Source: Glycera tridactyla (taxonomy: Eukaryota). Taken from it: DNA of 64,000 nucleotides. Position numbers and translations under genes: made by a program. This document shows positions 49,093 to 63,418 of the stretch, one piece after another (within the stretch, counting starts at the first letter, position 1; the number at the start of each line of letters is the position of its first letter). Location: NCBI GenBank assembly GCA_965644265.1, contig OZ286466.1, positions 17,546,001 to 17,610,000 of the forward strand. The letters are read 5' to 3'. Under the pieces are notes generated by a model. It ran no database searches, was not told the origin of the DNA, and was given only the letters and a program-made list of their open reading frames with translations.

Positions 49093-51088
49093 GACGTCCA
49101 ACATTTAATTCCTGAATGGCTGCGAGGCAAATGTATCATTCCTTGAATTTATCAAGCTTTGTCAGGAATCAAAACTAATTACACAAATTGCAATGTCTTG
49201 GTCGCAATCAATTTTGCCATCATCTCCATGAAGACTCTCTGTCATTCCATCTATCTACTTCTGGGAAATTCCAAATCATGATTGATCTTGAAAGTCACAG
49301 GTGACTAGCTTTTCTATACCAGATGTGTGAAAGTTTGAGTACACAGTTTCTTGGGAGAGGTCATTAATAGGATGTTCATTGCCCAAACCATGAGAGTATC
49401 GTCAAATGGGATTGTAAAGCACCAAATCTAGCCACAATGAAACAATCAGATTCATGCTTGGAAATTCTACTGTTCAGATGTGCCTTTTTGTTTCATCAGA
49501 TCCTTTCATCATTCTCATCTACACTCGTCACCTCTGAGATGTCATTGGAAATTTAGAAATCCCCATGGTCTGTGATCTGTCATTCTTGAGATCGTAATTT
49601 TGTTGTCATTAAATGTTTCCTGCACTCAGACAGACATTTAGACAACCTGTGAAATTGTGATCACTTAAATATTGTGTGAAATGCCCTCTTGTGTTCAGTT
49701 TCATTTGTTAACAGGATTGATCACTAGATGTCAGTCAGAGCATCATAGATTTTGTCCTCACCGCCAGGTCTGGTGCATCAGTTTGTGATAGCGCCCTCTT
49801 GTGTTTGATTGCAGTGTGGAGAAATCCATTCTCCTCCAGGTGTCACACTTGTCAAGAGTTTGTAATGAGTGGTAAAGGCTGGTTCCTCACTATTTGTACA
49901 TTAATTTGGTCAGCGTCTCAAAATAATTTGTTGATTTTCACTTGAATCGTTGTGCATAAAAATATGAGACTCGGCAACTCTATCAATATGACTTTCCTCA
50001 GATGTGACGATCAAGGTTGTGAAATATGTCCAAATGACACTCAACTGTGTATGTTGTATAATGAAAAAATTGAATCGAATTTGATATATTTGTATGTTAG
50101 TGGTGGATCCAGGGGGTGACACAAGTGTCCCATGCCCCCCCCCCCTTTCAACCACATCATAACCTTTTGATTATTTTTCTATCCACCCCTCCCCTCCACT
50201 CAGCCATGTTTGGTGCCCCATTTCCACAATTTCTGGATCTGCCACTTTTTGTGGGATGACTGTGTAATTCGCACTTTCTCTTGCTTCTTGAGAGCCCCCA
50301 CCAAACTGCAGCAGTCCAGCTTTTTTGTGAGACATGATATCGGGATTCATCCTAAAGTCTATTCTTCGCTTCTTGTTGATCTGGATTGGATCCAATGGTC
50401 AGTGATGATGAACAAAATACAAAAGATGCCCAAGTTCATCTAGAATTTGTGGCCGCTTCTGTGAATGAAGATGGAGTAACCGCCTTATTTGCTGTGGAGT
50501 ATCACTAAAACACAGTTGTGATAATGTTCAATATGAATGTGATCTTTCTCGGGTGGTAGTGTGTTAAATGGTTATTAGAAGAAAATGGTTTTCTGCATGC
50601 AATGCATATAATTGAAGATCTTTTTCTGGTTTGATATATCAATGTTAGCAATGGATGTATCATGTTGAGTTATTTGCCTTTTGATGGTGTTGGAATAAAG
50701 CCAGCCTGCTCTATTTGAGTTGTTGTTTTGCTCATTATTGACACAATTCCTTTAGGGATTTTGTCTGGATTATTTGGTCAGGGTTTAACATTAGGCTTGA
50801 GTGTCAGTCAGTTAGATATGTCATCATTCGACTAAGTGTATCCATGTGAGATTGGTAGAGGTGTGTCTGAGCTGTCAGCTACTCTCATTCTAGTGAAATG
50901 GTCGCAGGTGTAGGTGGCTGACCATTTGCCAGTTCTAGGTTACTAGGACTGTGACTAATTCTATCAGGATGTATAAGGGCATCGCACTGCAAGAAATGGC
51001 TTAGAGGGATAGGAAAGAGGTCAAGAAAAAGAAATCTGGTGATAGTGCAATTTTTGGTAGAAAATGCCTAAAGATAGATGATAGAAAA

Positions 51089-51216
51089 TTTTTAAGGTAT
51101 GTTTTCATTCAAGCCCCCATTCCAAAAGATATTGAGAAGAAGAGTGTAGCATCATCCCTTCTCCTCTTCTCAATATCTTTTGGAATGGGGGCTTGAATGA
51201 AAACATACCTTAAAAA
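51089..51216. repeat. Perfect 52-bp inverted repeat with a 24-nt spacer in a rearranged SINE-like copy
   Basis: 51089-51140 is the reverse complement of 51165-51216. Confidence 0.85.
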
Positions 51217-53019
51217 TTGGTCTCAGGTGTAGGTGGCTGATGGTTTGCCTGTAGCAGATATTGTCGCTATGCAAAATGCGGGTACCAGGCACACCAGTTC
51301 TGGGTTACTAGGGCTGCGACTAGGTTTACTAGGTTGTGTGATGGCATTGTACTGCAAGCATAGGGCAAGCCATGATTGTAAAACTGGTTTGAAGTTGACA
51401 GTTCGTAATTGAAGACATTGAGTATTCTCTGAACCTAATGCTTTTCCTTGTTTCAAGTACTGCGCTTTGCGTAAAAAAAGCATAGCTATCAGGCTTGAGT
51501 GTTAGCTTCCAGCCAGTTACATAGTTAGATATGCCATCATCAGGTTCAATATGTCTTTTTTTGTAGAGTTAAGAGTTGGTAGGGGTGTGTCTGAACCATC
51601 AGCTACTTCCACTTGACAACCTTTCAGGGAGTTCCCCATCATTTTGTGTTCAGGGTTTGTGAGAGTGATGTCTGCAGGGGAGAGACCATCTAGCTTTCAT
51701 TAACCAGGAACACACGGCATACATAATTCTGTGGGTTGATACATGCCGTTAAGCCTCAAACAAACAAACAAAACAAACAATCGCACTGCAAGCATGGGAC
51801 AACCATAATTGTGATGCTGATTTGAAGTTGACACCTTGTAATTGAACACTTAATGTGTTCTCCAAACCTAATGCAGTCAGGTACTTCCACTTGACAACCT
51901 TTCAGGTCCCCCATCATCTTGTGTTCAGGGTTTTGTGTATGTGATGCCTGCAGGGGACAGAACATCTAGTTCACATTGATAGGAACAGTAAACATATCTG
52001 ATCCTCTGGGTTGTTACAAACTCTAGCAATCAACCAAACAACCGCATCAGAGTATCATTCTTGATACCTGCTGCACAGGTGTCCATAATCTGGGTCTATG
52101 ATGAATGTGAAATCTTACATCAATTTCATCAATCAATCGACTTCCAGGTTCCCCATCATCTTGTCTTCAGGATTTGCTAGAGTGATGTCTGCAGGGGAGA
52201 GAAGATCTGGCTTTCATTGACCAGGAACACATCATATATAACTCCGGATTGATACATGTCATTGAACCCCAAACAATCAATCACCCAGTTTGGTGGCTAA
52301 CATGATGGAATTACCAGGAAACACACTCCGAAGCTACCAATTGGGTCGCCATGTACAAAACTCATGGATCCCATGTATGGCCATTACATGGGCATCTCCA
52401 CCATATCCCAGATGGTAACAGAAATGACACCTTGAGTGTCTGTGAACTTCATGTATTTCCCGACACAGAAGGAGGGGTCCTGAATGATCCACTTATGCCA
52501 CTGCAGAGGCGTAACAATATAGCACATATGGCGTGAGGTTAAACCAGAAGCAATCAATCAATCACATCCCAGGTGGCGCTCTCAAAATGTTGGCCAACCA
52601 ACCAACTACCTGCCTAGCGAACGAACACTCCAGAGCAGACCCAAGTCAAGCATTGTTGATATTGGTGGATGGGCAATCAATTTCAACCACATTCAAGACA
52701 ATGGAGTACATTAGGGCCAAGATCTGTCACCCTCTCTGCTAGGATGCAACAGCACAATCATGCGCAATCGTGGCTGACTGATTGTGGTAAGTCGTTGAGT
52801 GTGTCCTATGCAAAGTCTGTTGTGCATTATTACCATGGTAGAGAGTACCTGACGCCGCTCACCTAATCGATTTCAATCAGAATCGGCGCTGGTTGCAACA
52901 ACGGCTTGTGCTTCCATGTGCAGACTTCTCACAGACGGTAGGTCGTATTTCCTTGCTCATATTACGTCTATATCATGAAGCAGGCAGTCTTTCACCCCTC
53001 CTTCTTCTCCACTCTGTCT

Positions 53020-53149
53020 GTTTTATGCCTGTCTGTCTGTCCCTCTCTCTACCCCCACCCTCTCTCTCCCTGTCTGTCTGTCTGTCTGTCTGTCTGTTCC
53101 CCCTCTCCCCTCTCTCCCTCTCTCTCCCCCTGTCTGTCTGTCTCCCTCT

Positions 53150-53216
<67 letters not shown>

Positions 53217-53230
53217 TCTCTCTCCTTGTC
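53020..53230 (+). repeat. (CT)n/(CTGT)n microsatellite
   Basis: Direct reading. Confidence 0.95.
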
Positions 53231-55789
53231 TCCACATCTGCCGTCTGCACTGATGTAAGACGTGAATTTCTAAGCCGAGCCTCTCGAATGAAGTTTGTCT
53301 TCCAGACTTCACCCAGTGAATCTTACTCCCCACTTGTGCCTCCAACATAGATATCGATGACACCTCATGAATCACATCGATCAGTATTACTTCCTGATTG
53401 ATTGAGTAGTGTTTTACACCTCCCTCGGCCCATGCTGGATGCCACTGCAAACAAGAGCGCCAAAGCGCACTGGATAATTCACCTATCGGGTGTCATCTTA
53501 TCCTGATTTCTACGGGACCATCTCCATTCCACACGGAGATTAGGTGCATCACTTCTTGTCTATATTGTATCCATACGTGCCATGCCCATTGCATGGGCGT
53601 TACACTATGGCCCAGATGGTGCTGACGTGACGTTAAACCAGAACCAACCAACCAACCAACCGCGTCATCAGCAATTAAGAGCACTACTTCCACTCAGTAA
53701 AAAGAAGTCCGTACAATTGCCCACTCATTTTTCTGTGGCATAAAAGCAAAAAAGCACGGACATCGAATAGAATAGTGTATGCTTCATTTGGTGTCCTGTA
53801 ATGAAATATGATGAGACTATTTCCAAGGAGCAGTGGCGCAATTTGAAAGAGCTTTGTTTCTCGGTTATCAGCATAAAAACTAGATGTCCAGATTGTCATA
53901 ATTGCTTGATTGATCGGATCCAGAATCGCTCAGACATATTTGCTTGGATACAAATATAAAAAAGATCATTCCTGATTATTGAACCGAACCTAGATAGCTG
54001 TAATTGCTTGAAGGAGAGAATAGACAATCATGACATACATGTATGAGAATTTGCTCCGGCAAATTGTCCATAAATGGACTGGAATTGGGAGTCGTCTGTG
54101 GACGGCAGAATATATCTGAACTCCACAACGAACTTGAGTTGCCCCCGCTTGCAGCCCGAAGATCTAATCATGAATTAATACATGTCAACAAAACTCTGAA
54201 TGGTTTTTTTACTTGTCAGCCAATATGCGAGTTAAATATATGAGAACATCTTCACGCTACACGTGCAAGGGGAAAGCTTTTTTTGGAAAACTAGTCGATT
54301 GAGGTACAAACTGGGCGAAAGAAAGTTCCATCATCGGGCAGCATGCAACTGGTACCAGCTGGGCGTCATGCCGCCAGATTCTATTAAAGGCTTTATTACT
54401 GGATTATAGAAATGTTTCAACGATGGCCATCACTTATCATCATCTCACCCATCTCAGTCATTCATTCTTCACCTCACTCCGTTGTATATTCCACCTCATC
54501 ACTCGCCTTGTCGTATGTCAGTTTTCGTCATGTTATCGTCAAACTGAAAAAGGACACTTATCTGTATATGTGTGTAACTGTTTTATTTGACGATGGAAGA
54601 TCAAAGTTTTAAAACAAAGTTTTAAAGCAAAATGTGTTGCCATCATGTGAATTGATTGTGATTTCCTGCGAGTGGGCAGTGAGTGTAGGGGGGTTGGTGT
54701 TATGCTGTTATTGTGTATATATACAGGTGGCTGATAAATCCTTTGTGTAATTTGGCACTGTACCCAGAGCTTGTGTTCCGTTGTGCTCTGGCTTCCATCA
54801 GAGTGTGATAATTCCCTCTGTTCTCATTTGTGTGTGATCATGGTGACGACATTCATTATCAGGACTTTTCCCCGCCCATTTTGTCCCTTCTCTACTGAGA
54901 TATCTTAGATATTCTGAAGTATCATTTCTACTGAAACATCTGATTTGTTTTTAACATCTTTTTATTCTCGTCAAAACATTTGAATACCATTAGCAACATA
55001 CTCATTTTCAGGATGACATAATCAGCAGTCAGTCTTTACTGTTGACTTTTACGATCCCACACCACTGATGTTTATAAAGTCTGTTAAGTTCAAATGTGAC
55101 CGGCACGTGTTTATTGGAAGTGTAGCTCACCATATTATGATCGATGTGGCGGCTAAGGCAGTAAGGGCACGGCCAAATTGAGCGACATGTGATCATTCTG
55201 AACTCTATGTAGGGCAGTTTTCATAGATAGAAGATATATTGCTTGATTCAGGCCAAACAATTTGGCTGTTATTGCATCAGTGTGCTGTAAAACAGAAACA
55301 GAGGGGGGTAGGGATTGTTGACTATTGTGGGCTTGCATCAGAGTGCTGTAAAACAGAAACAGAGTGGGGTTGGGATTGTTAACTATTGTGAGCCTCCATA
55401 ATCTGATATGGAAGAGTGAGAGTCATTGAAACTCTCCATCACCTTAAACTACTCATCTGTACAGCTGAGACAGACTACGGTGTAATGTTGCTTGTTACAT
55501 TGTTTGTACAAATAGCAGCAGTCGGCGGAAATTCATCCGGAATCATAACCAAGATGGATCATGGAATGATACCATGGAATTAGAGCTTGCCATTGGCGCG
55601 GTCTGCCCTCAATCACTGCCTCGTCGGTGCCAAAAATAGCCATTGAAATATGACTGTTTGTTGGACAAGCATTCCTTTGTCCGTTGCGGACGAGCGTGTC
55701 AATTTCAGTTGGTGCCTTCCGTGAGCTGACATCCCCAGTCGGGATACCAAACGTGCATGTGTTGCCGCACCCTAAATCTTCCTATTTAC

Positions 55790-57010
55790 TCACCTACCAA
55801 CCCATCCACCTACCCATCTACATACCAATCTAGCTACGTACATACCCACCTACCTACCAACCCTACCACCTACCTACCCAGCCACCTACCTACCCAAATC
55901 TAATGCTTTGCCTTGTGTCAAGTGCTGCGCTTTGCAAAAATAAAGCATTGCTATCAGGCTCGAGTGTTGGCTTCCGGCCAGTTACATAGTTAAATATGCC
56001 ATCATTAGATTCAATTCGTTCATGAAGAGTAGGTAGAGGTGTGTCTGAACTGTTAGCTACTTCCACTTGACAACCTTTCAGGTTCCCATCATCTTGTGTT
56101 CAGGTTTTGTGAGAGTGATGTCTACAGGGGAGAGAACATATAGCTTTCATTAACCAGGAACACACGACATACATAAGCCTAGTGTTGATACATACCGCTA
56201 AACCTCAAAGAAAAACAAAAAAAACCTACCTACCTACCCACCTTACCGAAATACCTAATCAGCTACCTACCTACCCATCTTCTCACTCACCTACCCATAC
56301 ACACCCACCAAACACCCAGCCACCCACCTACCCAACACCACCCACAGGACACCCACCCACCCAGGACTTACCCAACCACCCAACCACCAATGACACCTTG
56401 AGTGTCTGTGAATATCATACATTTTCGCCTTCTGTTGGGAACCTAGGAGTTGTCTTGAATGACCCACCCATGCCCATTGCATGGGACTCACAAGTTAGCA
56501 CGAATGTAGCTGACTTGACGTTAAACCAGATTGGTAGGTAGGTGGTTATGTAGGTAGCTGGATAGGTGTGTGTGTGTGTGGGGGGGGGGGGTGGGTGTGT
56601 ATGTGTGTGTGTGTGGGGTGGGTTGAACCAGAGCCAACCAACCCAACCACCAAAACAGCACCCACCCACTGACACCAAGCCACCTATCCAGCACTCACCC
56701 AACCAACCACCTACCTAACACTCACCCACCCTCCCAACACTCACGCAACACCCACCTGCCTATACCAAGCACCCACCCAGCGCCTACCCAACCATCGGCA
56801 CCCACCCAAAAACCACCCATCAACCCATCAAGCACCCACACAATCAGCACCCACCTACCCACCCAGCAACCACCTGCCCACCCACCCAACACCCACCACC
56901 AAGCACGCACCAACCCTCCCATCAACCCAGTACCTACCTACCTACTTACCTACCTACCTACCCTCTGTCTGTCTGCCTGTCTGTCTGTCGGTCGGTCGGT
57001 CGGTCTGTCA
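55790..57010 (+). repeat. (CCTA)/(CCCA)-rich low-complexity region interleaved with SINE fragments
   Basis: Direct reading. Confidence 0.8.
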
Positions 57011-59004
57011 GTCTCCCTTATTTTCACCCTCTCGCCGCTGACCATTTTAGGCCTACAGGACTAGTTAACCATAGCATCTTTGCCATCTTTGGTGACTAGA
57101 AATGTGATCGCGAGTTCAGTGATATATTACCAACTTTGCGGATTATTGCGGTCTGGTATCCATCATGGAGTGTGGACAAGTGAAGCAATCCAACCCACTA
57201 AATTCTCCAGCCTGCACCGTGATGCTCTTGTTATGGCTGTTTTTCCTCATATGACAACTGGAGTGTCTGTGAATTTCATATTTCGACAGTTTACACATGG
57301 AGTTCTGTCTGCCCCATCCTCAGGTGGATTTTACAGTTCTGTCATGAAAAAGGAGAACTCGATCGGACGTGAAGTGAATAATTATATGTCACCAGTTGAG
57401 ACATGATTCGCAACAAAGTTAGACTTAGGGTTGGGCAGTTGAAAGGATGCAGGTCCTCTCAAACTGGAGTAGCTATATTCTATTTTCAATTCTGCCAGTG
57501 TACTCATAATTAATTGCATAAGTGCTCTCAATTGTCATGATTTCGATTCAATAACCAATCTGGTTCCACATCATCTTATTTTAGGGTTTGTGAGTGTGAT
57601 GCCTATACAGGGACAGAGCAGCCAGCTGCCATAGATCAGGAACACACAGCATAACAAATCTTAGCTGCGACAAAAACACATCATATGGATTTCAAAATTG
57701 CTGCTTGTCATAAAACCCTGACCAGTTTGCACTTGGAGGAAACGATTATATGTCACCAATTGAAAGGTACATTTGCACTTGAGTTGACCTCTAGCCTCGT
57801 GGCCTGCGTGGTGTCGGATTAACAAAGGGCCAGGAGCATTGGGACATTGTAAGGGGTCGCAGAATGGTTTGAATTTTGTCAAAATGATATTGGAATTCTG
57901 GAAATAGCAGGAGAGCCCTCAAAACAAGCGTTTCACATTACTCTGTTGTCTGCCTCAGTAGGGGTCCGGGCATGCCGAGATAGCCTGATGATTCTTGTTC
58001 CAACGGCAAAGACTCCTCACTATAAAACTATTGCACCCATTTTTCATTGTGAATATATAGCTCAACCGGGTGATATGGTTGTCCCCCCCCCCCCCCCCCC
58101 CCCCCGCTGAGCTACATTCACAATAAAAAAATTGGTGCAATACTTTGTATGTCATTATCAATGGTACCAATTTTCCGAAAATCGGACGGAAATACTGATT
58201 TTAGAAGTCACTAAAATCTGGTTGGGAGTTTCAGTGCAAATACTTTTGATAAAATGTGGGGGGTAATTTCAGAGCATTTCCATTTTTCCGAAAATGTAGC
58301 TTCATCTCATTGCTATCCCTGCATTATTCATGTTGATTCATCCTTCATGGTCTCTTCACAGCTTTCATACATTTCAATGAGATGATCAATCACAAATTTG
58401 CAGAACGTGAGAATGAATGTGGGAGAGTGAACTAGGTATGAAATTAGCAATTTTTCTGGATGTCTGCTCTGGGTAACCACAGGCAGAGTGATAGCAGTAT
58501 TCCCTCAGTATTTCTGAGTAAATGTGCCAATGATAGCTTCAGATCTATGTGGAGTTTGTAATATATATCTGAACTGTCAGCTGCTTCCTTTTCATTTTTT
58601 CAGGCTCCTCATGATCTTCTGTTTGGGGCTTGTGAGAATGATGCCTTTGAGTGGCTTTAAATTTCATAGTTGAACGATCCCTTATGCAAGATTTACTGCT
58701 TGGATGGAGCTGATGATCAAGTATGGCACAGTCATAAACGTCGTGCTTGGTCGTAATAATAGTTCGGTTTTCCCACACTGAGTGCCCCCTGATGCTTCAT
58801 GTTTCTGAACTTGAAATATATAGATCCACTGCGATTCAACGGGTGACTTTTTCACTTCAGCGCCGATCCATCTCTTTTCAAGGTATCCGGAACGCTGGGT
58901 CATCCCTCCCCATGCGCATTGCCTGAACGACACACTGACATTTGACACCACATAAGCACACATCTCTTACGCAGTTTAGGTTGCATCATCGTGGATGAGA
59001 GAGG

Positions 59005-59077
59005 ATGGAGTATATCGTCAAGTTCAGCATCTTTCTCACCTGTTTCTGCCACATCTCTGCTGTCATCAGTGATTATG
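59005..59077 (+). CDS. Putative exon 1 encoding a signal peptide (MEYIVKFSIFLTCFCHISAVISDY + G) of the LamG-like gene
   Basis: ATG, a hydrophobic core, then the donor TATG|GTGAGT (phase 1), matching the 61794 acceptor. A CpG-rich upstream region lies at 58780-58990. Not in the ORF track in this frame. Confidence 0.78.
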
Positions 59078-61793
59078 GTGAGTACCCCGCGCCATTATTC
59101 ATTAGTTAGCTTCATTTTTGGAGGATTTGCTTGCAAATTCTTTTATGCCATCACCGTCAAATCTATTCTAAATGAAACTGCCACATTCTGAGCGTTTTAA
59201 TGAATATTTATCAATGTGAAATTATCGTTGGGGTACCTGTATCTAATCTGAAGGGTCAAAAGTAGTCGAATTACCATAGAAATATGGGGAATGGGCTATT
59301 GAATTAAATCCACTGACCATCTCGTTTCTGGTGCCGATAACTGAAGTACACAGCTTTTACAAATAGTGTCACTGCTCATAATACCAACATGATTAGGGCC
59401 TCACAAGATCCAATCGTAGAACAACTGAGTGCAATAAAACTTGTTCCATTTGACCTTTATTCAATCTTGCCTTTATACCACATGTAACACCAACATTTTG
59501 CATAGGTGATGTGAAGAAACAAATATATATATAGGGATTTCATTTAGTGAAATTCGCGGAATTTCTTTCGAGTCCCTCAGCACTAGTTTCCGCGTTCCGG
59601 CGGGGGAGGGGGGGGGGGAGTGGCGGAGAAAAGCTCTCGGAACGGATTTCACGACGAGTATGTAGTAGGCCCCGTTTCCTAGGGATTTGGATGTACCTAT
59701 TAGAAAAGCACGTTTGGCTGCGGATCTCCTAGAGAAATTCAGATAGAGAGCTGAGGGTTTCACATATTTTGGTCACTGACTAGGGCAAATCGATTTCTGA
59801 ATATGAAAGTTGTAGCTATCATCCACGAAAGATGAGGGTGTTGGGCGTACCGTGGAGTTTTGGTACTCAGCATCATTTCTGTTCCTCTATAGTAGTGAAG
59901 CCGACCCCGAAATTGATTATTCGGTGTCGGCTCGACGTCATTGAGCACGGAAATGGGAACGGTTTTCCCAAAAAGTAGATGAAACCATACATGATTTAGC
60001 CAGAAAAAGCTGCGGTAGAGCACAGTGATCTGGAGTGGTTGGTACCTGGATTCCCGCTCTCAGCTCCCGCCCTTTCTAACTGTCCAGGGCAGTAACATGA
60101 AAGCGACTAAACTCTTAATCAGAATATGTGATATTTTGTATCTGCCCGAGGTATTTTGATTACTGCTGTGTCTAATATGGTATTGAAAATGATACTTGTG
60201 ATGTGTGAAGGTTATGATTCTTGTATTATCATGATCCGGTGTTCACTGATCTATATTGATCTCCATTATTTTATGATGGTATGTATCACTATATGATACA
60301 ATTAAGTGATATCACTTGGTATCAGAATAAAAGTGAGACTTTGTCTCTTCCGGTATATATTTCTTTATGATTTCATATACTGCCATATTTACTCACTCTA
60401 TATGTATGGTAGAAATGACAATTGTTATCAAAAGGTGACAATAAATATATATTTGCTACTCTATTTACGTTCTGTCCTTGTAGTCAAGAACTCTGACATT
60501 TGAGAAGTGAAATAGAATTGTTGACAATCATTGGGTTTCACCAGAATTGAATAGGATATCCAAAAGAAATCAGCATGTAATACTGATTGCACATCCATCT
60601 GCTGCTAGGCAAACGAAATACAGATAACAGAAGTTCCACAGGTGCAGTACCATTAATTATTCAGTGGAGAAAAACTACCCGGTCACCTTTGTTATACTGC
60701 ATCCTGCTGTTTTGATTTGGAACTTTGAATCAGATAGAACCTTTAGCCAGAGACTCTCATCTATTGGAAGAGGATAGATACTCCTACAAAATCGTCGGAT
60801 GACTGGTTCAGATTACCACTTCAATTTGGAAGGGTCACACCACAGATATATCGTATGAGGGTAGATTTGTATGCCTATTTCAACTGAGTAGAGGGAGCCA
60901 ATGATGTTGCAATGATGTACCCATGAATACAATAACAATAAGCAAAACACATCCCTAGTCCTTCGAAAAAATCAAGCTTTATCATTGGACAAGGAGTTGG
61001 ATGGGTGGGGTGAGTGGCGGGATATGAAGTCAAGTCTTAGTGCTGATGATTTCATGGAAGCATGTCAATTCTGGTGGACCATGTGCGAGGGTTCGGAATA
61101 TGACAGGCAGCGAATTCTCCAATGTGCGGATTGGTGCTCCTGTCCCAAACTGTGACCATCAGTAGTGGCTGCTGGAGTATAATTGGTTATACAATACCAG
61201 ACAGGGGTTCAATATTCCTGGCTGAAGGGCTGTCGTAGTCACAAAATAATCGGTAGCTAGCTACCCCACATTTCCCAACAGTGACTGTTTGTGACAGAAC
61301 ACCATTTGCCAGGCTTTTGCCTTCTGTAACTTGACAGTCATTGATTTGAACTATGCCCAACATTGGCTTATAATAGCCGAACCTTAGTTGACAGATGCCA
61401 GGAGGCAGGCAAATGTATCAGTGATTGGCTTTCATCTAATGCACATGATTTGATGACTTTGTGTTGCTGTGAGTGGGAGTGTGAAGCATAGGAATCTTAG
61501 TAGTGTGAAGCATAGTAATCTTGAAAGAAAGGTTTTATTGAGGAATTCCATCTATCGGATGTTCAAGTCATCAAAATGTCGTCGTTATTGTGTGTGATTA
61601 TTGTCATTTAGTACAACACTGATGTCAGAATGTAACAAGTCTTCACCTTGAATCATCATGTGTGTTCTTTGATACGTTTTCTGAACATTGAGTTAATCTA
61701 AGACCTACCCGAGATTTCACACTTCATGAATAATTCCTTGTTGTCATATTCCCGTTCTTCACCAATCACTTCTTCCATGTCTGTTGTTTGCAG

Positions 61794-62453
61794 TGTATTT
61801 TCCGCTGGATGAAGCAGTTGGTAATAGCATCATTGGTGGCCCTGTTAATGGAACATCCCATTCAGCCAAGTCATCAGCATCACCAGTGTTCATAGATGGC
61901 CAGCGATGGGAGGGTTTGTACATGAAAGGCGCCGATTGGGTTGACTTTGGCGACTGGAGCGATAAATCCTATGGTAACCCATCCCTGAATAATCAATTCC
62001 TACTGGATGTCTGGGTCAAGATGATATCAACACCTTCACAATTTTCAACGGTTGTATATGTCAGCAGTGGATTGTTAGAAGGAGATGATGGCTTCGCTGT
62101 GATGAGTTATAAAACAATTTACTATTGTGAGATGCGAGTGAATGGGGACTTGATACGCTGTAACCTTGGGAATGTCCAACTGGAGGAATGGACACATCTT
62201 GGCATCTGGCTCAACAACATGGGTGGCAATCTGCAATGTGTTAATAATGGTGATATCATCGAGGAGGTGCCTGTGGACGACACACAGAGTCACAGCCTCG
62301 CTGCCAATCTTCCTTCCAGTCACCTCAGTATTGGACCTGAGCTGGATGTGGATGCTGGATTTGAATCTGAGTATGGTGTGGATGGACTGCGTATTCAAAC
62401 TAATTTTGGCTGGCTTGGGGCAAGGATTGTGACAAACCTGTATGAAAATGATT
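61794..62453 (+). CDS. Exon encoding a concanavalin-A/LamG-like (pentraxin-like) extracellular domain
   Basis: Acceptor TGTTTGCAG|TG and donor GATT|GTAAGT: a symmetric phase 1-1 exon of 660 nt. Motifs YFPLDE, DFGDW, LDVWVK, WTHLGIW and LSIG fit LamG-like folds. Confidence 0.82.
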
Positions 62454-62469
62454 GTAAGTTGCATCATCA

Positions 62470-62886
62470 TCCCCAATCGCCATCGCTATCATTGTCATCG
62501 CTCTCATTGTCATCGCTATCATTGTCATCGCTACCATTGTCATCGCTATCATTGTCATCGCTATCATTGTCATCGCTATCATTGTCATCGCTATCATTGT
62601 CATCGCTATCATTGTCATCGCTACCATTGTCATCGCTATCATTGTCATCGCTATCATTGTCATCGCTACCATTGTCATCGCTACCATTGTCATCGCTACC
62701 ATTGTCATCGCTATCATTGTCATCGCTATCATTGTCATCGCTATCATTGTCATCGCTATCATTGTCATCGCTACCATTGTCATCGCTATCATTGTCATCG
62801 CTACCATTGTCATCGCTATCATTGTCATCGCTATCATTGTCATCGCTACCATTGTCATCGCTATCATTGTCATCGCTACCATTGTC
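62470..62886 (+). repeat. Intronic 15-bp minisatellite (CATCGCTA(T/C)CATTGT)n, followed by an N gap and (ACC)n
   Basis: Direct reading; it lies just after the GTAAGT donor at 62454. Confidence 0.95.
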
Positions 62887-63235
62887 NNNNNNNNNNNNNN
62901 NNNNNNNNNNNNNNNNNNNNNNNNNNNNNNNNNNNNNNNNNNNNNNNNNNNNNNNNNNNNNNNNNNNNNNNNNNNNNNNNNNNNNNNNNNNNNNNNNNNN
63001 NNNNNNNNNNNNNNNNNNNNNNNNNNNNNNNNNNNNNNNNNNACCACCTACACCACCTACACCACCACCACCACCACCACCACCACCACCACCACCACCA
63101 CCACCACCACCACCACCATCACTACCACCACCAACCATCGATCATCAATCGTCGTCGTCGTCATTATCATCTTACTCCCCCTGCTCCTGCTCCTTCTCTT
63201 GCTTCTGCTCCTCATCGTCTTCTGTGTTGTCACAG

Positions 63236-63418
63236 ATCTATGGTGGGATGTCGATGGCGCATCTCCCACTGGGGTTGGACTGCAAGCACTGCACGATGCC
63301 AGCTTTGACACCTGCCTGCCACTAGAACATCTGATCGGCGTCACTCCCAGCACCATCCTCAACATCCTTTCTCACTTCTACATCTGGAAGTTCCAAGAAG
63401 TCAATGTTGACATCTATG
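63236..63418 (+). CDS. Next exon of the LamG-like gene (LWWDVDGASPTGVGLQALHDASFDTCLPLEHL...EVNVDIY)
   Basis: Acceptor TGTCACAG|AT and donor TATG|GTAAGT: phase 1-1, 183 nt open. The gene probably continues beyond the window. Confidence 0.75.

Noticed and set aside
48724-49108. ORFs 48724-49104, 48752-49078 and 48803-49108 (MTV/HDR/VMD repeats)
   Set aside because: Shadow frames of the Gly-His exon. Third-position variation supports the GH frame.
60640-60780. Possible extra exon of the LamG-like gene after TTCCACAG
   Set aside because: All three frames hit stops without a clear donor.
62454-63325. SSLSL/SSLPL-repeat and poly-Pro extension of the 513-aa ORF, and the poly-His, DDNDS and MIAMT ORFs in other frames
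   Set aside because: A canonical GTAAGT donor at 62454 precedes the repeat. The 15-bp unit is nearly invariant with no synonymous variation, is open in several frames and spans an N gap, so it is an intronic minisatellite. Use as a mucin-like exon cannot be fully excluded without RNA data.
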